The notes beneath the pieces are model-generated. The model was given only the letters and a program-made list of their open reading frames with translations. It made no database searches and was not told the origin of the DNA. From IMG/VR virus record IMGVR_UViG_3300032267_001178, positions 8,959 through 72,958 of that record: a stretch of 64,000 bases of DNA; one strand, written 5' to 3'. Of the stretch, positions 20,210 through 29,326 are shown one piece after another. Made by a program: the position numbers and the translations under genes. The number at the start of each line of letters is the position of its first letter. Position 1 is the stretch's first letter. Source of the DNA: a virus.

Positions 20210-20753
20210 CTATACTATGGTTCGCAGGGTGGTTGATCCCACCCTGCGGGCTTACGCTTTTATCTATTCGCCACAATATGTTTCGGACGATAATAAATTG
20301 TTATTCCCGCACAATCCGTCGGACGTTCGGGAATTGAAATTTTCTTGGATGTATGTTGGACCTTCCGGGGTCGCATTGCCTGCTGAAGTACCTTTAACTT
20401 TTCATACAAATGCCGAAGAGGATATTGTATCAGTTTTGGGAAACTTGGTCAGTAGCGTATATCAACAGAACATTTATGGATTTTTTACGGTTCACGCAAA
20501 GTCCGTTTTTTCCAGAATGTACCGTTGGTATTGGTTACGAAAGCATCAGAATTCCATGGTAGCTTCTCACCTGAGCGATGTCGCAAAAATAACGATAGAC
20601 TTGTGCGAGGCGTTTCACTATCCTGCGGTACTCTCGTATGTTGAGCGTACAAGTTTTTGCGCGGATGATATTCAAGAATGGTTGAAGATATCAACGTCGG
20701 ATGTATCAGCTGAGCACGCCTTGTTACACGGCTTAGCTGCAAGATTACAATGA
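20202..20753 (+). CDS. Hypothetical protein.
   Basis: 183-aa ORF. Confidence 0.35.
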   Translation: MNDYTMVRRVVDPTLRAYAFIYSPQYVSDDNKLLFPHNPSDVRELKFSWMYVGPSGVALPAEVPLTFHTNAEEDIVSVLGNLVSSVYQQNIYGFFTVHAKSVFSRMYRWYWLRKHQNSMVASHLSDVAKITIDLCEAFHYPAVLSYVERTSFCADDIQEWLKISTSDVSAEHALLHGLAARLQ

Positions 20754-23407
20754 ATAATTTAGAATTAAGTATAAGAGACCGTTGGCCTGATCGCCCGGAC
20801 GAGCCCGATTGGGAACTTGTACGCAAGGGACTAGCCAATTTGGCCCCCGTGCTACAGCGTATGAAATATGACGGCTTACGGGAAGGTCAGGAGCCCGTAA
20901 TCATGCGGATCATGTCGCAGGCGGATACTATATGTATTTTGCCTACTGGTACCGGGAAGACTGCATGTTTTGTAATCCCGACTTTATGTATGGATTGGAA
21001 GGCTATTGTTTTCAGCCCACTGGTAGCGCTAATGCGTGACCAAGTTAAAGGATTGCATCGTATGGGTATTCCCGCCGCTGCGATGTCTGGGATGCAGACA
21101 GATGGGGAAAATCTTGATGCGGCCAGGCGTTGGCAGGACGGGGAATTAAATTTCCTATATGTCGCACCCGAACGCCTCAATAATGAGGCATTCAAAACCG
21201 CCATGGGGCACGTTAATCCCGACTTTGTTGTGATGGACGAATGCTTTGCCCCGGAAGTAGAAATATTTACAGACAAAGGGTTTGTTCGCTTTGACGCACT
21301 ACAGGACGACGCGAAAGTCGCTCAGGTCGATCCAGATACTAAGACCTTGTCTTTTGTTTCCCCTGATAAGGTGATTCGTCAGGAATACAAGGGAGACCTT
21401 ATACGCCTGCACTCTGGGCAGCTTTGTGATTTGCGTATGACCCCAAATCATGAGCTACTGGCTTTCTACGGAGATCGCTGGAAAAAGGAGACAGTCTCAA
21501 GGATTAAGTTCAATCACACGAAAAGACTTCTCGTAGCGGCAAAACATGAAGCGGGCAATCAAACCGAGCTTACCGCTATGGATAGGCTTTGCATCGCTTA
21601 CCAGGCTGATGGTAGTTCGCATTATGTACATCCCGACGAAAGTATCACTGCTGCATTTTCTTTTTCAAAGGAGCGCAAAATAAGTAGGTTTCTAAGTTTA
21701 CTTGAGCTCACCGGACTTTCATATAGTGAGGTGACCAATGAAAGAGAGAAATTGGATACGGGTAATCGTATCCCTCGCAGAAGATTCTTGGTACACAAGG
21801 TTTCTGGATTCTCTAAGGTCCTATCCAATATGTTTGACTTTGCATCTATGACCTCGGAAGTAGCTGCAGAGTTTATCCGCGAGGTCGCTCTATGGGATGG
21901 TAGTGAACCTTACCAGGGTTGCTTGTACTACTCCTCCATAATTAAGGAGAACGTAGACTTCGTACAGGCTGTAGCGATATTAGCAGGATATAAAACAAAT
22001 TTAGTACCCCAGCACGATGAAAGGTCTGCCAATTACTCCACAGTATGGCGTCTTTTTGTAAACACTGAGCGTGATTGGATTGGTACTCAGTGTTTGTCCC
22101 GCACCGAGGAATCTTATGACGGCCTGGTGTATTGCGTGCGCGTACCGCATGGGAACATTATTGTACGCGGTTCTGGGAAAGCCCTGGTAGTTGGAAATTG
22201 TCACACCTTATCCCAGTGGAGTGACAATTTTAGGCATAGCTATTGTAAGGTGGGCGATTTCATTCGGGAATACAATCCCAAGGTGGTAGCCGCTTTTACA
22301 GCTACGTGTCCCCAGCAGGTGGAGAACGATGTTCGCCGCGTACTGGGATTAGCGCACGCACGCAAACTCACCTTCTATCCCCGGCGCACAAATCTGGATC
22401 TTAGGAGCGATAATCTAGTAAGTGATATTTCTATAGCTGATAAAATCAGGGAGACGGAAGGTAGCACTATCGTTTACTGTTCCACTCGCAGAAAAGTTGA
22501 GGAGCTGGCTGAAACTTTGTCGCGGAACTTACGAGGTAAACAAGTAAGAATTTTCCACGGGGATCTTTCTCCAGGGGCTAAACGTGCGAACCAAGATGAT
22601 TTCATGGAAGGCCGCGCGAACATTGTTGTGGCAACTAACGCCTTTGGTATGGGCGTGGATAAGCCCGATGTTAGAGCTGTTATTCACCGTGATATTCCTG
22701 GTACTATCGAAGCTCTCGCTCAAGAGGTAGGCCGTGCCGGGCGTGACGGTAAATACTCGATCTGTATTACATACTTTTCTCAGGACAGTCTGGAAACGCA
22801 GAACTTCTTCTTACGTACAGGACATCCTCCTGTCGGCGACATAAAGAAAGTCTACCACGCGCTGAAACTCTCTGCTGATCGATCGGGCGTATGCAAGATC
22901 ACGGCCGATGAAATATCTACTAAAGCGAATGTTTCAAAATTTGGTATGCGGGCTATATTTGAGACCCTCAAGGGCTCTAACGTTATCGTACGTGACCAGG
23001 TAGATAAAAAAATATGCAAGCTTCGTGAAACAGATGCGGATGTACCTTCCGACAACGAGCGATACCACGACTACATGCGTGTAGTAGATAGCTTAGGTAT
23101 TCCGAACGATGAAGGATTTTATGAGTTCGATTTGAACGAGTTTGCCGACACCGTAGGCGTAGGGTACAGCACTGTGAGGGGCTGGTTTAAGCGTTGGGCT
23201 GAGAGCGGCTTCATTAGGTTTTGCGATCCTTATGTTGGGGCAGAGACTAGAATCATCGGAGACCTTTCTCTTGTTGATTTTGATCGCCTCGCTTTAAAAC
23301 GGGATGATGCTTACCGTAAACTTGACGACGTGCTGAAGTATGTAAATTTACCAGACTCGGAAAAACACGAGTTCATCGAATCCTATTTCCGCGTACATGA
23401 ATCCTGA
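20750..23407 (+). CDS. recQ: RecQ-family helicase. The reading frame includes an in-frame intein.
   Basis: Motif I ILPTGTGKTA; motif II split as VVMDE | CHTLSQWSDNFRHSY (cf. RecQ DEAHCISQWGHDFR); motif VI VATNAFGMGVDKPDVRAVIHRDIPGTIEALAQEVGRAGRDG. Confidence 0.8.
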   Translation: MNNLELSIRDRWPDRPDEPDWELVRKGLANLAPVLQRMKYDGLREGQEPVIMRIMSQADTICILPTGTGKTACFVIPTLCMDWKAIVFSPLVALMRDQVKGLHRMGIPAAAMSGMQTDGENLDAARRWQDGELNFLYVAPERLNNEAFKTAMGHVNPDFVVMDECFAPEVEIFTDKGFVRFDALQDDAKVAQVDPDTKTLSFVSPDKVIRQEYKGDLIRLHSGQLCDLRMTPNHELLAFYGDRWKKETVSRIKFNHTKRLLVAAKHEAGNQTELTAMDRLCIAYQADGSSHYVHPDESITAAFSFSKERKISRFLSLLELTGLSYSEVTNEREKLDTGNRIPRRRFLVHKVSGFSKVLSNMFDFASMTSEVAAEFIREVALWDGSEPYQGCLYYSSIIKENVDFVQAVAILAGYKTNLVPQHDERSANYSTVWRLFVNTERDWIGTQCLSRTEESYDGLVYCVRVPHGNIIVRGSGKALVVGNCHTLSQWSDNFRHSYCKVGDFIREYNPKVVAAFTATCPQQVENDVRRVLGLAHARKLTFYPRRTNLDLRSDNLVSDISIADKIRETEGSTIVYCSTRRKVEELAETLSRNLRGKQVRIFHGDLSPGAKRANQDDFMEGRANIVVATNAFGMGVDKPDVRAVIHRDIPGTIEALAQEVGRAGRDGKYSICITYFSQDSLETQNFFLRTGHPPVGDIKKVYHALKLSADRSGVCKITADEISTKANVSKFGMRAIFETLKGSNVIVRDQVDKKICKLRETDADVPSDNERYHDYMRVVDSLGIPNDEGFYEFDLNEFADTVGVGYSTVRGWFKRWAESGFIRFCDPYVGAETRIIGDLSLVDFDRLALKRDDAYRKLDDVLKYVNLPDSEKHEFIESYFRVHES
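21242..22198 (+). mobile_element. Intein of 319 aa with a LAGLIDADG-type homing endonuclease domain, inserted in helicase motif II.
   Basis: Block A CFAPEVEIFTDKG; block B MTPNHELLA (TxxH); LAGLIDADG-like LCIAYQADGSS and EFIREVALWDGSE; block F VPHGNIIV; block G KALVVGN followed by +1 Cys. Removing it restores DECHTLSQW. Confidence 0.8.
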
Positions 23408-23879
23408 AGAAGAAGCCACCAAAAAGCGCGAAGTGTTTCTGGCATGGTCAAAGACGCACCCGAAACCAACAGCTGAAGACGTTGTTGGTTTGCTTGCGCA
23501 GATGGGCAAGCCTAGCACGGTTGCAGATCCCGAAGCGGACCCTAGTAAAGTTAGGTGTGCGTGTAACAAGCTCGTTCCCTGCGAGCGGGTAGCAATTGTA
23601 AACACGGGGCACATAACCGCAATTGACCCGGTGTGTCCTCCTTGCCGTAACGATTTCGTAGACCAGGCGCGCTTGGTCTGCGTGAGATGTCGTTCGGTGA
23701 TTGGGTGGCTAGATCCTTGTGTAGACCCTCATGGGTTCCGTTTTGACAAGAAGCACTTTTACCATGTGGGTTCTTGCGCTGTTTGTAAAAAGGGTTTGAC
23801 TAAGTCTGACATCATCGAGATGATGCTTTATTATGAGGCCAATGGCATTCCTTACGAGAAAAATGAAATAATAGATTGA
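23397..23879 (+). CDS. Cys-rich (probably zinc-binding) hypothetical protein.
   Basis: Multiple CxxC pairs: CACNK..PCERV, CPPCRND, CVRCRSV, CAVCKK. Confidence 0.4.
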   Translation: MNPEEEATKKREVFLAWSKTHPKPTAEDVVGLLAQMGKPSTVADPEADPSKVRCACNKLVPCERVAIVNTGHITAIDPVCPPCRNDFVDQARLVCVRCRSVIGWLDPCVDPHGFRFDKKHFYHVGSCAVCKKGLTKSDIIEMMLYYEANGIPYEKNEIID

Positions 23880-24484
23880 TTATGACTACAACAACACCTG
23901 AGGTGGGATTGCGTAAAGTAAAACGCATTGGAACTAAAAAGATCTACGCGGTAAGAGTTTTACCTCCAGATTTTAAAATGGACGAGGAGGGAGGCGGCGA
24001 TACGCAATTCTTCTTTTACTACGTTTCTAGAAATTACAAACCAGTTTCTAGCGAGTGTACGAAGCATGTTTGGAAGCGAGCCGAGGGGCAGGCTGGTCCT
24101 GGAGTAGTACGGAATGGCTTTGACACGCTTTCTTCTTCCCGGGACTTTCTCCTTCACGAGAAAGACGGAAAGATTATTGCCGTGGATATCCTTCCCTCTA
24201 ATGCTTACACGTCTAAGACTTCTGCGCCCGCAGCGCTACATGATTTGCAACATATCGAAGTTGTAATCAATGTGTCTACGGGTGAAGTTGAATTTGTAGC
24301 CGTGCCTGTGGGAGTATCCAAGCAACAGCTCCAACAGCTGATCGGGGAACTGGATAAAGTCGATATGATTCAGGCCGGTGATACTCTTGGTGGTGCGTTC
24401 TACGTGCACGAACTTCAGGGCAATCGTGTCAAGATCTCTCCTCCAAGTAGGGGTTCCGCAGGGCGTGTAACGCAAATGGATTGA
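23876..24484 (+). CDS. Hypothetical protein.
   Basis: 202-aa ORF with ATGA overlap. Confidence 0.4.
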   Translation: MIMTTTTPEVGLRKVKRIGTKKIYAVRVLPPDFKMDEEGGGDTQFFFYYVSRNYKPVSSECTKHVWKRAEGQAGPGVVRNGFDTLSSSRDFLLHEKDGKIIAVDILPSNAYTSKTSAPAALHDLQHIEVVINVSTGEVEFVAVPVGVSKQQLQQLIGELDKVDMIQAGDTLGGAFYVHELQGNRVKISPPSRGSAGRVTQMD

Positions 24485-24675
24485 CCCTGCTACAGGGCAT
24501 CTGCTTGTGTTACATAACTCTGATGAAGAGTGTGTTACTCGTCATGATAGGGCTGATCGCAATATACGCGATCAGCCCTATTTTGTTGCATATAATATCG
24601 GCAGTTAAGGTCATGTACCCGCTGCTAGTCATCGCTGTACCTGTAATATTTGCGGCAGCGATGTGGAACTACTAA
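24481..24675 (+). CDS. Small two-helix membrane protein.
   Basis: 64 aa with two hydrophobic stretches, VLLVMIGLIAIYAISPILL and YPLLVIAVPVIFAAAMW. Confidence 0.4.
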   Translation: MTLLQGICLCYITLMKSVLLVMIGLIAIYAISPILLHIISAVKVMYPLLVIAVPVIFAAAMWNY

Positions 24676-24687
24676 CCCTAAAAAACA

Positions 24688-25659
24688 ATGGACGACTTGG
24701 AAAATGTAGAATGGTTTGAGGGCAGCGAATTCTCCGCAGTAATTGAGGGAATGGATGGTATTGAATATACCGAAACCTTCACGGACATCCTAAAGCATAC
24801 ACCGCACTTGTTGGTGCGGTTCGAAATGGTCGCAAGACTGCGGAAGGACACAGCTCCCTTCTTCGTAGCCCCAGGGCAGGTTATTCCTGTCTATCAGAAG
24901 AAGAAAGGCGAGTGGTTCCAGGTTCTAAACGGCCTGGAGTTTCGCGCGGAAGTCCTCCCGCTTAACAAAGGGCGCATCTGGGTAATGGGCGATAAGAAGC
25001 CCAGCTTCGAGGTTGCGCGTAAGCAGCAACCGAATCGGCACACGTTATTATCCAGCCCAGGCGGTCGTCACATTGTCCGCCCCCACCCCCGGGTGCCTGT
25101 GGCGGTAGGGCTGGCCCAATATCCGGGGCCCGACTTGTCGTATGAGCTTCTGAACAAGTATCAGGTTCAGGCGCCGGACTTCATTAATCGGTACGCGGGC
25201 CACCCCATAACAAAGGGAGACCAGCCGTTTCGGTGGGTGATCCCTGCGCAGGAAGCCTCCTCCACGGGGGGCTTGTTCGGTATGGCTGCGGAAAATAGTT
25301 GGGGTTACAACCCCCTCACGAAAAAACGCGTGGAGAATCTTCAGCCGACGGGTATCCCAATCGGTTGGAAGATGGCCACCGACGTGGTCGGCGAAGACTT
25401 CTGCGCGTTCGAATACGCAGAGGCCGTCGAGGCATTACTCGACAGTACCGACGCTCAGTGGATTTATGCGCAGAACTGTATCTCCTCCTGGGGATATGTT
25501 TCTCTCGAAGAGCGCATGATCACCAGCAGTAAAGATCTCCCTCAGGGGCTGATCGAACTGCCTTGGGTGTGGAGCGACGCTGACCGCTACGGAGAGGAGA
25601 GCATTTCGCCGCTCCTGTTCGAGCAGTTGCGCTCCCTGAAATCTCTGGGGTGTAAGTAG
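24688..25659 (+). CDS. Hypothetical protein.
   Basis: 323-aa ORF. Confidence 0.4.
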   Translation: MDDLENVEWFEGSEFSAVIEGMDGIEYTETFTDILKHTPHLLVRFEMVARLRKDTAPFFVAPGQVIPVYQKKKGEWFQVLNGLEFRAEVLPLNKGRIWVMGDKKPSFEVARKQQPNRHTLLSSPGGRHIVRPHPRVPVAVGLAQYPGPDLSYELLNKYQVQAPDFINRYAGHPITKGDQPFRWVIPAQEASSTGGLFGMAAENSWGYNPLTKKRVENLQPTGIPIGWKMATDVVGEDFCAFEYAEAVEALLDSTDAQWIYAQNCISSWGYVSLEERMITSSKDLPQGLIELPWVWSDADRYGEESISPLLFEQLRSLKSLGCK

Positions 25660-25672
25660 TAGAACAAAGAAA

Positions 25673-25705
25673 CAAAGGTCAGGATAAATCCTGGCCTTTG
25701 TTTTT
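25673..25705 (+). terminator. Rho-independent terminator.
   Basis: CAAAGGTCAGG-ataaat-CCTGGCCTTTG followed by TTTTT. Confidence 0.65.
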
Positions 25706-25760
25706 ATGTATTCGCTCATTGATAACTTGCCTTGAGTGGGGTTATAGTAACTACGACATT

Positions 25761-28463
25761 ATGCCTGCGCCCGAAGAAATAGAAATGCCCCCCAATGTCA
25801 AATTGCGGGATTTTAGCGATTTTGACACTGCGCGGACAGATATCTACGACCGCACCAAAAAGGCTTTGATCTCATCTTACCCCATGTCTTGGGGAGGTGT
25901 GCGTATGGAAGTAGCAGATGTTGATTACGACGGGCCGGAGAATTTCACGTTAGACGAGCAGAAAAAGGCACTATTAGAGGAACGCCACTTGTCCCGCCGA
26001 CTACGCGGTACTGTACGTCTGTTTGATGAGAAGACAGGTGATATGCTTGATGAGAACAAGGTATCCCTGATGCGGGTACCTTACCTCACCAATCGCGGAA
26101 CCTTTATCCATGGTGGTAACGAGTACACCACCATCATGCAGTCCCGCCTTCTTCCCGGGGTTTACACCCGCAGGCAGAACAACGGTAATCTGGAAACGCA
26201 GTTTAATCTTAAACAGTCCAGGGGTGCTTTTCGGGTAGGCTTCGAACCCGATACCACTCAATACAGGCTTAAGCTTGGGCAGGCTAACATGCACATGTAC
26301 TCCCTGCTTAAAGACCTTGGAGTACCCGACGATCGCCTCAAAAAAATGTGGGGGGATGAGATATTTTCTGCAAATGCTGCTAAATACGACTCCCGTGTGT
26401 TTGATAAAGCTTACGAGAGGCTTGTGCCTGCAAGGATGCGATCCGCTGATGCTAGTCGTGAGGACAAGGTCAAAGCTGTCAGGATGTCACTGGACGACGC
26501 ACAGGTCAACGCCAAGGTAATCAGCAAGAATTTACCTAATCTTTTCTCGATGTCCAAATCTGCGGAGTGGCAGGCACGTTGGGCGGGCAGGGAAGTAATG
26601 ATGGAGAAAATTGCATCTCGCGCACACACCGAGAAGTTCAAGCCGGACCTATCTCCCGACGAATGCTTTGAAGCCTTCACGGATATGTGCATGTTTAAGT
26701 GTGCTGGGGAAGAGTGGGACGAAATTGATAACACCGGACCTGACACGAATTTTTCTCCGGATCTCAAACCTTCTGATCTGCAAGAACAATACAGCAACCT
26801 GTATGGGCGCGTAGGTAATAGACTTGCAGGGATGAGCTCTTGGCCAAAGGAATGGATGCCTCCTGGTAGTAACCAACTAGGTTGGTTAGACTGGTATTAC
26901 GGATACGCTGATGGTAAGCGTACGGGAGATGACGATAGACAGATAAAGAGATGGAAGTCCTTTAAGGCTAGACACTTGTCTCAATTCCTGAAAAACCCAA
27001 CCCCCAGAAGAGCCTACGCCTTACGTAACTGGGCGGTCGACCCTTTGGTATATCTGGACGAATCATCCGCTGACGTTTTGAAGCGTCAGATGGATGAATA
27101 TAAATCCAGCAAATTCAAAAAAGCTGCTAGCGAAGATGACAGAGCAGCACAATTGCAATTGCTACTCGAAGCCAAGTCGCACTCAGACGCCAAGCGCTAC
27201 GGGCACAAGCATTTTCTGATACAGCGCTCAATGACAGATCGCCCCACCGAATGGGTCATCGACTCTCCCGGAGGCCCGTATCCAGGAGTCACCCATGTGC
27301 CTACTGGCTTCAGATTGCACATGGCATCTTCTAAAATTCCGCCTACAATACAAGTAGACGAAGCTTATGCGTTATCGAAACAAGCCGTCGCTGAGGATTC
27401 TAGGCAGGCCATCCTGGCTAAGACAGCGAATGTTATACGTAATTATGGTGAAACTGACAGCGGGCGGGAAACTATGCTTGCTACTCCAGACATTGAAGAG
27501 TCTTGGGATCTGGATATTGGCGGTAACCCGGATACGTTGGTCCTTGGGCGTATAAATGACAAATCTCGAGTATATGCGCTACCTGCGACTGAGGACGACG
27601 TTGATCAATCACCCAGAGCGCATATCGCCGTCCAAGATTTTTCTGACAAAGTGTCTGAGATAACAGCGTTAAAAACCCGCACGGACCATAGGCGTAAGGG
27701 GTTGGCTTCCGCGCTGGTCACACTATTAGACATGCTAGAGGGGCAGGACAGAGCTTTTGTAGTGAAGCCAGATCCAATGGCCGATAAAGCCGTACCGGCT
27801 GACGTACTTCTAAAATTCTATAAAGACAGGGGTTTCCAATCTTGGGGGGACCATGGGTATCTAGCTAAATACCCGGGCCAGGAGAAAGCTGCATATAACT
27901 TCGTTGTTTCCGGCGAGCAGACTCAAGGGATGGGCCTGCGTAAGGAGTTCCACCAGATACTGGAAGAGCTGGGACATAAAGGTCTGGCCGTGAACAACCC
28001 GCACACTAATGAAGTCGAATTGTCTGTCGACGTGGAAGATCCAAGTACGGTATTGGACGAACTGGTAAAGCGCATCAAGGATAGGAAGGGTAAGGATATT
28101 TTTTACACCCCTTCTACGCACTCATCGGATTTACAGCCAATCACCGTCGATAACGCTACGCTGGAGAAGCTGAGGTATGCACACTACAACGCATACCTAA
28201 ACAGCTCTCACTTCGACCCAAACGATACCGACATAACTCCGGCGGACAAACACCGGAAGGATATCGCGATACGCTACCGACTGGAAGACACACCCGAAGG
28301 ATTGGTAGGACACGTCCCGGAGAGGGCCGCGCGACAACTGAGAGGGGAAGAGATGCCTTACTCGTGGATGCCGCAGCCGGTTGAGAAAGCTGCATCCTTT
28401 TCCCAAATGCTTAAGCAAGCATCCGAAGATTTAGAACAAGCACGCGCACGCCTTAATTCATGA
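25761..28463 (+). CDS. Multisubunit RNA polymerase beta-like subunit, N-terminal fragment. The track start at 25698 is TTG inside the terminator, so the first ATG is used.
   Basis: RGTFIHGGNEYTTIMQSRLLPGVYTRR...AFRVGFEPDTTQYRLKLGQANMHMYSLLKDLGV aligns to the bacterial RpoB N-terminal motif NGTERVIVSQLHRSPGVFF...LDFEFD...RRKLPATIILRALG. Confidence 0.7.
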   Translation: MPAPEEIEMPPNVKLRDFSDFDTARTDIYDRTKKALISSYPMSWGGVRMEVADVDYDGPENFTLDEQKKALLEERHLSRRLRGTVRLFDEKTGDMLDENKVSLMRVPYLTNRGTFIHGGNEYTTIMQSRLLPGVYTRRQNNGNLETQFNLKQSRGAFRVGFEPDTTQYRLKLGQANMHMYSLLKDLGVPDDRLKKMWGDEIFSANAAKYDSRVFDKAYERLVPARMRSADASREDKVKAVRMSLDDAQVNAKVISKNLPNLFSMSKSAEWQARWAGREVMMEKIASRAHTEKFKPDLSPDECFEAFTDMCMFKCAGEEWDEIDNTGPDTNFSPDLKPSDLQEQYSNLYGRVGNRLAGMSSWPKEWMPPGSNQLGWLDWYYGYADGKRTGDDDRQIKRWKSFKARHLSQFLKNPTPRRAYALRNWAVDPLVYLDESSADVLKRQMDEYKSSKFKKAASEDDRAAQLQLLLEAKSHSDAKRYGHKHFLIQRSMTDRPTEWVIDSPGGPYPGVTHVPTGFRLHMASSKIPPTIQVDEAYALSKQAVAEDSRQAILAKTANVIRNYGETDSGRETMLATPDIEESWDLDIGGNPDTLVLGRINDKSRVYALPATEDDVDQSPRAHIAVQDFSDKVSEITALKTRTDHRRKGLASALVTLLDMLEGQDRAFVVKPDPMADKAVPADVLLKFYKDRGFQSWGDHGYLAKYPGQEKAAYNFVVSGEQTQGMGLRKEFHQILEELGHKGLAVNNPHTNEVELSVDVEDPSTVLDELVKRIKDRKGKDIFYTPSTHSSDLQPITVDNATLEKLRYAHYNAYLNSSHFDPNDTDITPADKHRKDIAIRYRLEDTPEGLVGHVPERAARQLRGEEMPYSWMPQPVEKAASFSQMLKQASEDLEQARARLNS

Positions 28464-29308
28464 ACCACGTTGAAAGCCCAGTGCGGATCTCCCAACTCAT
28501 AAAGGCGGCTTCCCCCAAGTGGCTGCGCGTGGTTGAGCAGTTGTCGCGAGGTAATCAGCACAGGTTGGCTAATGTCATCCCGGCAGGCAAAGTACGACTG
28601 ACGTCCAAGAACCCTCTCGGCGTGGGCGCTGAGGGTGCCGTATTCCCCTCATTCACTGGAGGCGTTGGGCCTACGGCAACCAAGACTTTCTTCAAGAGTC
28701 CGTTATCTTCGGAGTTTACTAGCCCTAACGTACTCGGTCCTGGCAAAGTTACTAGCATGCTGAGTGACGTTGATATCCCCACGCGGGTTAACATCATGAA
28801 GAGTAATCCGGACATCTTTCCCAAGGTGTTCGCGCAGCATCCAACCGGCTACACTGTAGAGCGATTGCAGGAAGGTATATCTTCTTCCGCTCTGCGTGCA
28901 CGAATGCGCAGTTTAGTGCAGGCGTCGAAGAATTTGCAAAAACTTGAAACCACTCCGTATCGGACGGAGCAGCGCGGCTACTTAAATGACGAGATACGGA
29001 ATCTTTGGCGTACCGGTAGGCCGGAGGCTAAAAGTGTAGAACCTTTACGTTCGCTCCTCAATTCCAAGAAAAACACCCGAGGCGAATTGGTCGCTAAAAC
29101 CGATACTGAGAGGTATAAGATTAGGGATTTTAATTTAGACACTAGGCGCCCACACAATGTAATGTGGACTGCAGAAGGTCGCCCAGTAATTAGCGACCCC
29201 ATGCCTTTCAAGTTTCAACCTCTTGAAAAACTAAGGGGAGAGCACAAAGCCACAACGGAAGGAAGGAATCCTATCGATTATTTACGGCGTCTATTGGCAA
29301 ACCTCTAA
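28460..29308 (+). CDS. Probable RNAP beta-like fragment (poorly conserved lobe region), placed between two recognisable beta pieces.
   Basis: ATGA overlap with the upstream beta fragment. A single in-frame TAA separates it from the downstream beta fragment. No motif was recognised by eye. Confidence 0.4.
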   Translation: MNHVESPVRISQLIKAASPKWLRVVEQLSRGNQHRLANVIPAGKVRLTSKNPLGVGAEGAVFPSFTGGVGPTATKTFFKSPLSSEFTSPNVLGPGKVTSMLSDVDIPTRVNIMKSNPDIFPKVFAQHPTGYTVERLQEGISSSALRARMRSLVQASKNLQKLETTPYRTEQRGYLNDEIRNLWRTGRPEAKSVEPLRSLLNSKKNTRGELVAKTDTERYKIRDFNLDTRRPHNVMWTAEGRPVISDPMPFKFQPLEKLRGEHKATTEGRNPIDYLRRLLANL

Positions 29309-29326
29309 ATCGCCCCACATCCCACA

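Noticed and set aside
24481-24675. Holin call for the small two-helix membrane protein.
   Set aside because: It lies more than 35 kb from the endolysin and has no adjacent lysis genes. It is kept as a generic membrane protein.
28460-29308. Homing endonuclease or other mobile insertion between the two recognisable RNAP beta fragments.
   Set aside because: There are no HNH, GIY-YIG or LAGLIDADG motifs. It is in frame with the downstream fragment, so it is more likely the divergent beta lobe region.
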